From assembly GCA_947626545.1 (NCBI GenBank), contig CANQSS010000005.1, positions 6,706 to 70,705 of the forward strand: DNA of 64,000 bases. The letters are read 5' to 3'. The stretch comes from an uncultured Akkermansia sp. (lineage in GTDB: Bacteria; Verrucomicrobiota; Verrucomicrobiia; Verrucomicrobiales; Akkermansiaceae). This document shows, piece after piece, positions 54,331 through 62,705 of the stretch. The notes under the pieces were generated by a model. It did no database searches. It saw nothing but the letters and a program-made list of their open reading frames with translations, and had not been told where the DNA came from. Every line of letters starts with the position of its first letter. Position 1 is the first letter of the stretch. The translations under genes and the position numbers were made by a program.

Positions 54331-56385
54331 ATGACTTCTCGTCACACTTTAACAGGTTTGGCTGTGCTGGGGCTTGCAGTGTGCGGTGTCTGCCCCGGTC
54401 AAGTTTCCCCTGCCACAACTGACCTGGCGCAACCTATCACTACCAACGCTAACTCAGCCATGATTGAAAATGATTATATCTCCGTAACGGTTGAAAAAGC
54501 CGGACGTAAGCTCGTGAGTGTCACCGTGCAGGATAAAATAAACGGTCGCTCATACTCCTTGGACAACGGTATCTTTTGTCTGGACGTGCTAGACGAAGCC
54601 CCCGATGAAGCCTGTTCAAAGAAAAAGGTAGCGGAGACGAGTCACCTGCTCACGGCATCGGATCTCATCTGCGGAGAATTGAGAGTTGAAAAGCTGAGCG
54701 CGCAGAAAAATGCTCGCCGACTTGTGGAACGGGTGGAAGGCACCCGCGTGCGCGTCCCCTTTGCTCTACCCGCCGATGGCAACCAGATCACTTGGTGGCT
54801 GGAGTTGCGGGATGGCATGCCGTACATACGCGTCGGACTGGACATCACGCCACAGCAGTTCGCCATGCCGGTGCGTAAGATCACGCTGCTCGATATAAAG
54901 ACTCAAGAGGCTCGTGTGGAAGGCAGCGTAAAGGGCGCACCTGTTGTGGCCGCCGGGAACCGCCTGTTTGCGGGCATGGAGCATCCGATGGGTCTGAGTG
55001 AAGTCACAGACAAGGGATTTACCTGCTCGCTGCCGCGCAAGACAGACCTACCGAGCCGCGCCGAGAGCAAGTTCTCCGCCGTACTCGGCTTCAGCGTGCC
55101 GGGACAGCTGCGACGCACGTTCCAGCTCGGTTATTTGAACTCCGAACGTGCTCGTGCCTACGCTCCTTTCCTTAACTACAACACCTGGTATGACATCGGC
55201 TATTTCACGCCATATGGCGAAAAGGCGGCGATGGACGCTGTGCGCTCCTTCGGCGAGGAACTCGTCGGAAAGCGCGGCGTGCAAATGGATTCTTTCCTTT
55301 TCGACGACGGGTGGGATGACACGGAAACGCTCTGGCAATTCCACAAGGATCTGCCCAATGAGTTCCGTAACATACGCAAACTTGCAGAAAGCTACAAGGC
55401 AGCCCCCGGTGTGTGGCTCTCTGCTTGGGGTGGTTACGGTCCGCCCAGGGATAAACGACTGGCGGCGGCCAAGGGTAAGTACGAAACCAATGAGGGAGGT
55501 TTTGCGCTCTCCGGTCCCAAGTACTACGAGTTCTTCCGCGACATGTGCCTGCATATGATCCGGGAAAACGGCATCAATCACTTCAAATTCGACGGCACCT
55601 CCAGCGAAGCTACTCCCGCAGAAGGTTCCAAATTCGGCACCGATTTTGACGCCATCATCGCTCTCATCGAGGAACTGCGCAATGAGCGTCCCGACATCTA
55701 CATCAACCTCACCACCGGTACGTGGGCTTCCCCATTCTGGTTCGGTATCGCCGACTCCATCTGGCGCGGCGGCTGGGATCACGATTTCTGCGGCGAAGGC
55801 TCTGCACGCAACCAGTGGATCACCTTCCGCGATTCCCAAATCTACGCCAATAACGTGGCCATCTCGCCGCTGTTTCCCATCAACTCGCTCATGACTCACG
55901 GCGTCATCTACAACAAGAGCGCGCGCAACTTGCAGACAACGGAGGGTGACGACCTGTCCAATGAGATCTGGAGCGGCTTTGGTCTGGGAACTCAAATGCA
56001 GGAGATGTACATCACTCCTTCTATGCTCAAGGCTGAGGAGTGGGATGTGCTCGCTGCCGCAGCGAAGTGGACTCGCGAGAATGCCGATGTGATGGTAGAT
56101 GCGCACTGGGTGGGTGGAGATCCTGCCGGCCTGCAAGTGTACGGCTTTGCCGCCTGGTCCCCGCGAAAGGGTATCTTGACGCTGCGCAATCCCTCCTCCC
56201 AGCCTCAGGAATTCTCCTTTGATCCTGCGGCAGTCTTTGAATTGCCGGTAGGTGCTCCCTCCTCTTACACTCTCTCGTCTCCCAAGGGTGACAAGCTCCC
56301 CGAGAGTGTGCAGGCCGGCAAGACGACTACTCTCAAACTTGAGCCTTTCCAGGTTCTCGTTATTGAGGCTTCTCCGGCCAAGTAA
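54331..56385 (+). CDS. Secreted glycoside hydrolase, alpha-galactosidase-like (clan GH-D-type TIM barrel); specificity unknown
   Basis: 684 aa with a signal peptide (LAVLGLAVCGVCPG). FLFDDGWDD and INHFKFDG motifs resemble the GH27/36-type catalytic region. Confidence 0.6.
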   Translation: MTSRHTLTGLAVLGLAVCGVCPGQVSPATTDLAQPITTNANSAMIENDYISVTVEKAGRKLVSVTVQDKINGRSYSLDNGIFCLDVLDEAPDEACSKKKVAETSHLLTASDLICGELRVEKLSAQKNARRLVERVEGTRVRVPFALPADGNQITWWLELRDGMPYIRVGLDITPQQFAMPVRKITLLDIKTQEARVEGSVKGAPVVAAGNRLFAGMEHPMGLSEVTDKGFTCSLPRKTDLPSRAESKFSAVLGFSVPGQLRRTFQLGYLNSERARAYAPFLNYNTWYDIGYFTPYGEKAAMDAVRSFGEELVGKRGVQMDSFLFDDGWDDTETLWQFHKDLPNEFRNIRKLAESYKAAPGVWLSAWGGYGPPRDKRLAAAKGKYETNEGGFALSGPKYYEFFRDMCLHMIRENGINHFKFDGTSSEATPAEGSKFGTDFDAIIALIEELRNERPDIYINLTTGTWASPFWFGIADSIWRGGWDHDFCGEGSARNQWITFRDSQIYANNVAISPLFPINSLMTHGVIYNKSARNLQTTEGDDLSNEIWSGFGLGTQMQEMYITPSMLKAEEWDVLAAAAKWTRENADVMVDAHWVGGDPAGLQVYGFAAWSPRKGILTLRNPSSQPQEFSFDPAAVFELPVGAPSSYTLSSPKGDKLPESVQAGKTTTLKLEPFQVLVIEASPAK

Positions 56386-56407
56386 GTTCCTTTATTTCCG
56401 TTTTCAA

Positions 56408-56443
56408 GGACCGCAACGCTCACCCCGCTGCGGTCCTTTTTTT
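56408..56443 (+). terminator. Rho-independent terminator after the glycoside hydrolase
   Basis: GGACCGCA / TGCGGTCC 8-bp stem with a 13-nt loop, followed by TTTTTTT. Confidence 0.65.
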
Positions 56444-56482
56444 CTTGCTGACATGCTCCTAATGTGATAAAAGGCGTGACTG

Positions 56483-57571
56483 ATGATACGCGAGCTGACT
56501 TTATCAGGTGTGACAGCATTTCTGCACGAGGCACACCTCGATTTCGCTGCAGGGATAAACGTGATTGTGGGTGGAAACGATACAGGAAAAAGCCACCTGA
56601 TGCGCCTGATGTACGCGCTATGCCGCTGGATGGAGCGGAGTCCACGCCGCGATTTCCCGGAAAAATGGGCTGAAGAACACCGCCTGCGCCGCTACCTGCT
56701 GCATTCCTTCGCCGCGCGACAGCTTTCCGCGCTCGTGTCCCGTCGCGCCAACACGGCCTCGGCCTGTGTTCATGCGTCCTTTAGGGGCTGCAAGGCACCG
56801 GACGGCTCTGCTGACGTCTCCTTCCGTTTCGATTCCCGCAAGGATGAAAATCCGGAGATTTCTTCCCTGCCTCAGCGTTTCCTGCAAGAGCGAGCTCTCT
56901 TTATCCCGTCGCGTGACGTGCTCACGCTCTTTCCCTGCTATGTGCAAGTGGGCAAGCACTACCCTGATCTGCTGGACGGCGCCACTTGGGATCTCTGCCG
57001 TGCACTGGAAGCGGGACCAAGCAAGACTGAGCATAGCGAGGCGCTACAACGCGTGCTCAAACTTATCCGTACCGTGCTGCAAGGCAAAATACAGCGGGGA
57101 GGAGGCTCACGGTTCTTGCTGCGCCGCGGCAAGGAGGAACCGTTGGAAATGAGTCTCATCGCCGAGGGCTTCAAGCGCGTGGGTACGTTGGGGCTGCTGA
57201 TCGAAAATGATGCGTTGCACGAGGGCGATACGCTTTTCTGGGATGAACCGGAAATGAATCTGAACACGACACAGCTCCCCCTGCTCTGCGGTATCATGCT
57301 TAGCTTGTGCGAAGCCGGTGTGCAGCTAATCATTACAACGCACAGTCTCTTCCTGCTGCGCGAGCTCATGATTCATCTGAACCGAAGTAGCTTCAGTTCT
57401 CTCCCTCGCCGCTTTATCGGCCTTCATGCGGGCACAGGACTTTTTGGCTCCGTGCAAGTACAGCAGGGTGAAAGTGCCGATGATTTGGGCCCTCTGGAAA
57501 GCTTGCAAGCCGAGATGGAACAAGCCGACCGTTACCTGAGTATGCCAACCCCTGCACCCTATGCCGAGTGA
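56483..57571 (+). CDS. ABC/AAA_21-type ATPase (SMC/RecF-like fold), standalone
   Basis: 362 aa. N-terminal Walker A VIVGGNDTGKSHL, Walker B TLFWDEPEMNLN, and H-loop region LIITTHSLFLL. Confidence 0.85.
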   Translation: MIRELTLSGVTAFLHEAHLDFAAGINVIVGGNDTGKSHLMRLMYALCRWMERSPRRDFPEKWAEEHRLRRYLLHSFAARQLSALVSRRANTASACVHASFRGCKAPDGSADVSFRFDSRKDENPEISSLPQRFLQERALFIPSRDVLTLFPCYVQVGKHYPDLLDGATWDLCRALEAGPSKTEHSEALQRVLKLIRTVLQGKIQRGGGSRFLLRRGKEEPLEMSLIAEGFKRVGTLGLLIENDALHEGDTLFWDEPEMNLNTTQLPLLCGIMLSLCEAGVQLIITTHSLFLLRELMIHLNRSSFSSLPRRFIGLHAGTGLFGSVQVQQGESADDLGPLESLQAEMEQADRYLSMPTPAPYAE

Positions 57572-58337
57572 GTCCTACCAACCCGGAGTCTCCTGTGTGG
57601 AGGGTGTGTACCGCTTCCAATTTGACGCGGGCTACCTCGTCTGCCGCTCCGAATGCTCTCCTTTCTACTCCCGCCACGCGCAAAACTTCTGCAACAGTTG
57701 CAAGGAGATGGACTTTATGCTCTACCACCCGGGCAAAAAGGAACTCTGGCTCATCGAGGTGAAAGACTACCGCTTTAACGCCCGTCCCAAGGTGCAGGAT
57801 TTGGTGGAAAAACTCTGCCGCAAAGTGCGCGACTCCCTTTTTCTGCTGCGTACGGCAGCGCTCTGCGCCCCCGATGAGGAACCCGCGGAGGGTATTTCTC
57901 TGCGCAAAATGGCTCGTCTGAGTTTGCAGGCCAAGCATATTCGCATTGCTTTCACAATTGAGCTGGGCGGCAGCGCCTTCTACCCGGCGAAAAGCCTGCT
58001 GGCGCACATACGTGACCTGCTTTACCGCCAAATCCGCTTCATCGATCCACAAATGATCTGCTTGCCCATCACAGAATCCGGCGGCATCGGACCCTGGCGT
58101 ATTTTCCCGGCCGGTAACGAACACTCGGCTCGCATCCAAAAGCGCATTGAAGAGGCTCGCCTCGCCCACGAACGCAAGCTAGAGGAATTACGCCGCAAGG
58201 CAGCTGCCGACCGAAAAGCAAGTCGCCGCAAGGATCACAAAACTCCCGCCATTCCTGTTTGGAAGCAGCGTGCCATGGAACGCGAAAGCGGCGTCAAACG
58301 CAACAAACGCAGAAACCGCAACGGTTCACCGTCATAG
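57561..58337 (+). CDS. Small PD-(D/E)xK-like protein with Cys-rich N-terminus and Lys/Arg-rich tail; partner of the ATPase
   Basis: 258 aa. The ATG overlaps the ATPase stop by 11 nt. EMDFMLYHPGKKELWLIEVKDY gives D-x13-E-V-K spacing. Cys positions are VCRSEC...FCNSC. C-terminal tail is RRKAAADRKASRRKDHK...KRNKRRNRN. Confidence 0.7.
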   Translation: MPSESYQPGVSCVEGVYRFQFDAGYLVCRSECSPFYSRHAQNFCNSCKEMDFMLYHPGKKELWLIEVKDYRFNARPKVQDLVEKLCRKVRDSLFLLRTAALCAPDEEPAEGISLRKMARLSLQAKHIRIAFTIELGGSAFYPAKSLLAHIRDLLYRQIRFIDPQMICLPITESGGIGPWRIFPAGNEHSARIQKRIEEARLAHERKLEELRRKAAADRKASRRKDHKTPAIPVWKQRAMERESGVKRNKRRNRNGSPS

Positions 58338-60017
58338 CCCCGCCCCCTTCTTTTCTCCTCGCTTCCTTCCCTTCCCTTTGTAGGGGACGTAGGAAGCCAC
58401 GACGACCGCCGGCACTTTGCGGATACGAGCGACTTCCTCCGCACTGAGTCTGCACTCCGGGTGCGCGGCATAAAAGCGTGCCATATGCTCTTTCACGATG
58501 GGCAGGAGGTGTTCTGTAATCTTCAAATAGCCCTCTCTGGTAAAGTGAGCCATGTCCTTGGTACGCAGTCGTACGTACTTTCCATGAAAATCGCCAAACG
58601 CTTCAAAACGTCCCCATTCCCCGGAAAAGACATCATCTGTGCGTAGGGATGAAGTGCCGTGTTTTTCGCAATATTCGCGCTGAGCTATCTGAGTTTCGTG
58701 CATGTACTGATAACGCTGCTCACCCAGCGCCGGCATCTGGATCCAAATGGCATCAGCACCGGCGTTGCGCACCATTTCCACCATTTCCGCCATCTTTGCA
58801 GCATACGCATCCCTCCACCTCTGTCCTCCGATCGGTACCACTCCCTCCTCGGTTACTATCGACTGTCTATCGTTCGCTCCGAAAAAGAAGATCACCATAT
58901 CCGACTTGTGTCGCCGTAATGTTTCGCGCAGCTGCATCGGCCAGTTGAAGAAGTCCGGACGACACAAGCCCGTGGAAACTCTCGCATTTATATAAAACTC
59001 CACCCCCTTGTACTCGCGCATGGATGAATGCATCACGGGCCCCAATCCTTCCATCATGGAATCCCCCACCATCTGGATGCGATAACGCATCGGTGGCAGC
59101 ATGCCGGGAGGAAGTATGGACGGCGCCGGATCTTGCACGACAGGAGGCGCATTCTTCTCCTCTTCAAGCGTTTCCTGATGCACTCGCTCAGACGGCGCTT
59201 CTTTCGTCAGACGTGGGGGAGCTTTCTTTCCCTGCCGGTTTCCTCCTGCTTCACCTCCTTCAGCAGCGGTAATCTGTGACATCTTGTGACTTTTGTGCGG
59301 CGGCATCTCCTGCTGATGTGTATCCTCATGCCGCACTTCCGCAATTTCCAGCGCTGGGTTAGACAAGCGAGCCCCCCCTTGGGTGCTGTCGGTACGCGCG
59401 TCAGATTGTTCTCCCAGCGCGCACTCCAGCACATCCTCCATGCTCAGAGTACCCGGCGGCGCGCTGATTACCAAGGCTCGCGTTTCTTTCTCACCTTTCG
59501 GTTCAATCCAGCGCCTGGACTGGGAAGTTTGGGCAGGTATTTTCGGAACGAGGCGCGATACCTCGGGCTTGACCAATGTTGGAGGCGCGTATTTCTCTGT
59601 TGTACTGAGCGCCGGTGTGTTCGGCAGTTCCGAAGCCACCGTGAGCCGCGCCGGCCTTTCATTCTGCAGGTTCTCCAGGTCATCCTGTCCCGACTCTAAA
59701 ATCGTTGCCATTGCTTCCGCCGGTTCCCCATCACGATCTTCTTCCCCTCTTGCCAGCGTCATTTCAAACTCGCGCGCCACATCATCCGCAAATGCTCTTT
59801 CCTCGCCATCCAACCATTCCAGCCCCGCCATATTGCCGAGCTTTTGCAGCATCTGGGGCACGTTCTGAGCCGAGCTGTACAGTGCCATGGAGGTCAGCTG
59901 CTCCTGCAGCCAATGCGCGCAGGAATCGGCGTTCTGCAACAGCAACACCACCCCGGCACATACTGCGGCGCCGCATGTAGTAATGCTTTTCGGGAACTTA
60001 GGGAAAGAGAATGGCAT
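58332..60017 (-). CDS. SGNH/GDSL (DUF459-like) hydrolase with long low-complexity N-terminal region (long paralogue 2)
   Basis: 561 aa. N-terminal anchor MPFSFPKFPKSITTCGAAVCAGVVLLL. C-terminal YRIQMVGDSMMEGLGP...FFFGANDRQ... is the SGNH block pattern. Confidence 0.8.
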   Translation of the reverse strand: MPFSFPKFPKSITTCGAAVCAGVVLLLQNADSCAHWLQEQLTSMALYSSAQNVPQMLQKLGNMAGLEWLDGEERAFADDVAREFEMTLARGEEDRDGEPAEAMATILESGQDDLENLQNERPARLTVASELPNTPALSTTEKYAPPTLVKPEVSRLVPKIPAQTSQSRRWIEPKGEKETRALVISAPPGTLSMEDVLECALGEQSDARTDSTQGGARLSNPALEIAEVRHEDTHQQEMPPHKSHKMSQITAAEGGEAGGNRQGKKAPPRLTKEAPSERVHQETLEEEKNAPPVVQDPAPSILPPGMLPPMRYRIQMVGDSMMEGLGPVMHSSMREYKGVEFYINARVSTGLCRPDFFNWPMQLRETLRRHKSDMVIFFFGANDRQSIVTEEGVVPIGGQRWRDAYAAKMAEMVEMVRNAGADAIWIQMPALGEQRYQYMHETQIAQREYCEKHGTSSLRTDDVFSGEWGRFEAFGDFHGKYVRLRTKDMAHFTREGYLKITEHLLPIVKEHMARFYAAHPECRLSAEEVARIRKVPAVVVASYVPYKGKGRKRGEKKGAGL

Positions 60018-60069
60018 CAGTATCGCGTAATGTGAACGAACATGGTCAATTGTTTACTGTAGATGAGTT

Positions 60070-60942
60070 TCAGTGACGGCGCGGGCTATTTGTTGTCCCC
60101 CCGCGGTAGCTTCGACTATTTCCGGCGCGCACAGTGATACCATGCACCGAGCCGCGCCCTGTAATACTTCGGTTGCCACGCATGGTGGTAGTGATCGGGG
60201 AGTATCCCATCACGATGCGACTCAAATCGGGAAGCAGGCGTTTCATCACGATCCGATTTCCCGCCGCCGTGATGTGCACACCATCTGGGGTGCGTATCGG
60301 CACCATGCTGCCGTCGGGCATCCGGGCCTGTTGGCAATATCTCCCTTCCCTATCTGCAAGTGCCGCGCGCGTATCAATGAAAGGAATCCTGGCTCTCTGA
60401 CAAACTCGCTGCATAAGCTTGTTAATCACGGCAAGCTTCGCATCCGTTTTCGCATCACTCACCACAGGGGGTCCCATGAGAACGAACTTGGCGCCACGGC
60501 TCAGGCTCAGCCGAGCTACTTCCGCTATCTTACCATAGTACTCCGCCAACCATGTCTTGCTGCCCACCTCCCCGATACTCGACATCCCGTATATTGCCTG
60601 CGAATCATTCGTGCCCACCCACATAACGACTACCTGCGGTCGATCGCTACGTAAGTGCTCTTCCAGCACGCGCGGCCAGTTGTAAAAATCGGCGCGTGCG
60701 AGACCGGATGATGACTTTCCGATCGGGATGAAGGTGAGATTGCTGTAACCGCTCAGCTCCGTGCGCATCTGCGGCCCCAACCCCACCATGAGGGAATCCC
60801 CCGCCATGAGCACCCTCTGCTCGCGCGGCAATTTCCCTTTGCCGCCGGGTTTCAGTCCCCACTCCCCGGCCTGTAGCACGTTCGTGACGCACACTACCGC
60901 CATCCACATCCATTTGAATGCCCTCTGTACGACTTGTTTCAT
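60070..60942 (-). CDS. SGNH/GDSL (DUF459-like) hydrolase, short form
   Basis: 290 aa with a signal-like N-terminus. RVLMAGDSLMVGLGP, MWVGTNDSQ and PDGVHITAAG. Confidence 0.85.
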   Translation of the reverse strand: MKQVVQRAFKWMWMAVVCVTNVLQAGEWGLKPGGKGKLPREQRVLMAGDSLMVGLGPQMRTELSGYSNLTFIPIGKSSSGLARADFYNWPRVLEEHLRSDRPQVVVMWVGTNDSQAIYGMSSIGEVGSKTWLAEYYGKIAEVARLSLSRGAKFVLMGPPVVSDAKTDAKLAVINKLMQRVCQRARIPFIDTRAALADREGRYCQQARMPDGSMVPIRTPDGVHITAAGNRIVMKRLLPDLSRIVMGYSPITTTMRGNRSITGRGSVHGITVRAGNSRSYRGGTTNSPRRH

Positions 60943-62705
60943 TGATGACCCTCAGTTGCTGCCGGTTGAGTCGTAGCTGCTGCGTCGCGCTTTTTTGGGG
61001 ATCTCGGGCGGATATATTGGCTGGTGTACACAGCCGGTACGCGGTGAATGCGCGCAACTTCCTCCGCGCTCAACCAGCGTTCCGGGTGCCGAGCGTAAAA
61101 AACAGACAAACGTTGCTCCACAATAGGTAGAAGATGCTCGACCAGCTTCAGATATCCTTGCTTGGTGAAGTGAGCCTGATCTTTGGTGCGCAGGCGTGTG
61201 TAGCTCCCGTTGAAATCGCCGTATGGCTCAAAACGCCCCCACTCGCCGGAGAGAAACGGATCTGTGCGCAGGGTAGTGATACCGTTGCTCTCACAGTACG
61301 CACGCTGGGCGATCTGCGTTTGGTGCAACAGCTTGTTGTAGGTTCCGCCCACCGCCGGTAATTCTACCCAAATGATATCAGCCCCCACATTGCGCGCTAT
61401 ATTCACCATCTCGTCCATTTTTGCAGCATACGCCGTTCGCCAGGCTTCTCCGCCGGTCGGCACAAGCCCGCGCTTCTGGCGAATGGGCATTCCATCATTC
61501 GCACCGATGAAAAAGATAACGAGATCCGGAGCATAGCGGTGTACCACGCTGCTCATATGCTGGGGCCAGTTGAAATAGTCCGGTCGGCATAAGCCCGTGG
61601 AATACTTGGCGCTGATAATGAACTCCAGTCCCCGACGATTGCGCATGACCCGGTGCATCACTGGTCCCAACCCTTCCATGAGAGAATCACCCAGCAACAA
61701 GATTCGACAACGCATGGGCGGGGTCTCACCGGGAGATGTCGGGGGGGCCGGTGGCTGCTGTGCGGTATGTTGCACCTGTTGTTGCCCTACGTGTGTGGTT
61801 GCCGTTTGCTGCTGCAGAGGCTGTAGCTGCGTGACATTCCCCATGGCAGCTAAACGCAACGGCTCTTTTCTCGGCCTTGCTGCCGGAGGAATGGCAGACG
61901 CGGTAAGCCGCGCCATCCTTCGACTCACGCGGTGTCGAACACCTTGGCGCTGTGTGTCCCGAGTTGCATGTTTTTCTGCGGCGACCCGCTGTTTCTGCTC
62001 CGGCGCGGAACGACCTTGTTCCGGGGTAGCTGCGCGTCTGCCACCGCCCTTCCCCAGCGCATACTCCAACGCGTCTACCATGCTCGGAAGACTCTGCGGT
62101 GTGCTGCTCGTCATTCTCTGCATATTCCACCCATGCTCCATTTCGCTAGGAAGCTGCTTAAGAAAAGGCGGCAAGTCTGCTACGAACTCAACCGTCGATT
62201 CCTTCCAAAGAGGGGTATCGGTGGTGCCCACCGGAACTGCAACCGGAGTTGTCCGAGCTTCACCGGACGACACCGTTTGAACTGATACCTTCTCAGTCTG
62301 TTTCTCTGCTACCGGAGAACCGGACAGCCAACTCCGTTGCTCCGGTAGGCTTACGATTTCATCCAAAATGACCTCTTCCTCCTCCAGGCTCATTTCTTCC
62401 TGAGCGGAGGAGGGACTATAGATGTCCTGTGCGCCCTCTGCTAGCGGCATCACCAACGCTTCGGACACTTTGTCCGCAAAGTGTTTTTCAGCGAGATCCA
62501 ACTTTTCCAAGTGCACCACGTTGCCAAATTGCTGCAGTACTTGTGGCGCTTCTTGCACCAGCCCGGTGAAGGAGGTGGCAAACAAGCGCTCCTCGAGCCA
62601 AAGAGCGCATGAGTTGGTATGCTGCATGAGCAGTGCCATTGTCGCACAAACCGCCCCTCCACATAGGGTGAAGCTATTTGACAATTTGGGAAGGGAGAAG
62701 AACAT
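60939..62705 (-). CDS. SGNH/GDSL (DUF459-like) hydrolase with long low-complexity N-terminal region (long paralogue 1)
   Basis: ORF 60939..63131 trimmed to ATG 62705 (MFFSLPKLSNSFTLCGGAVCATMALLM...). That start parallels the N-terminus of 58332..60017 and overlaps the MBOAT stop (TAATG). CRILLLGDSLMEGLGP, FFIGANDGM. Confidence 0.8.
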   Translation of the reverse strand: MFFSLPKLSNSFTLCGGAVCATMALLMQHTNSCALWLEERLFATSFTGLVQEAPQVLQQFGNVVHLEKLDLAEKHFADKVSEALVMPLAEGAQDIYSPSSAQEEMSLEEEEVILDEIVSLPEQRSWLSGSPVAEKQTEKVSVQTVSSGEARTTPVAVPVGTTDTPLWKESTVEFVADLPPFLKQLPSEMEHGWNMQRMTSSTPQSLPSMVDALEYALGKGGGRRAATPEQGRSAPEQKQRVAAEKHATRDTQRQGVRHRVSRRMARLTASAIPPAARPRKEPLRLAAMGNVTQLQPLQQQTATTHVGQQQVQHTAQQPPAPPTSPGETPPMRCRILLLGDSLMEGLGPVMHRVMRNRRGLEFIISAKYSTGLCRPDYFNWPQHMSSVVHRYAPDLVIFFIGANDGMPIRQKRGLVPTGGEAWRTAYAAKMDEMVNIARNVGADIIWVELPAVGGTYNKLLHQTQIAQRAYCESNGITTLRTDPFLSGEWGRFEPYGDFNGSYTRLRTKDQAHFTKQGYLKLVEHLLPIVEQRLSVFYARHPERWLSAEEVARIHRVPAVYTSQYIRPRSPKKRDAAATTQPAATEGHQ

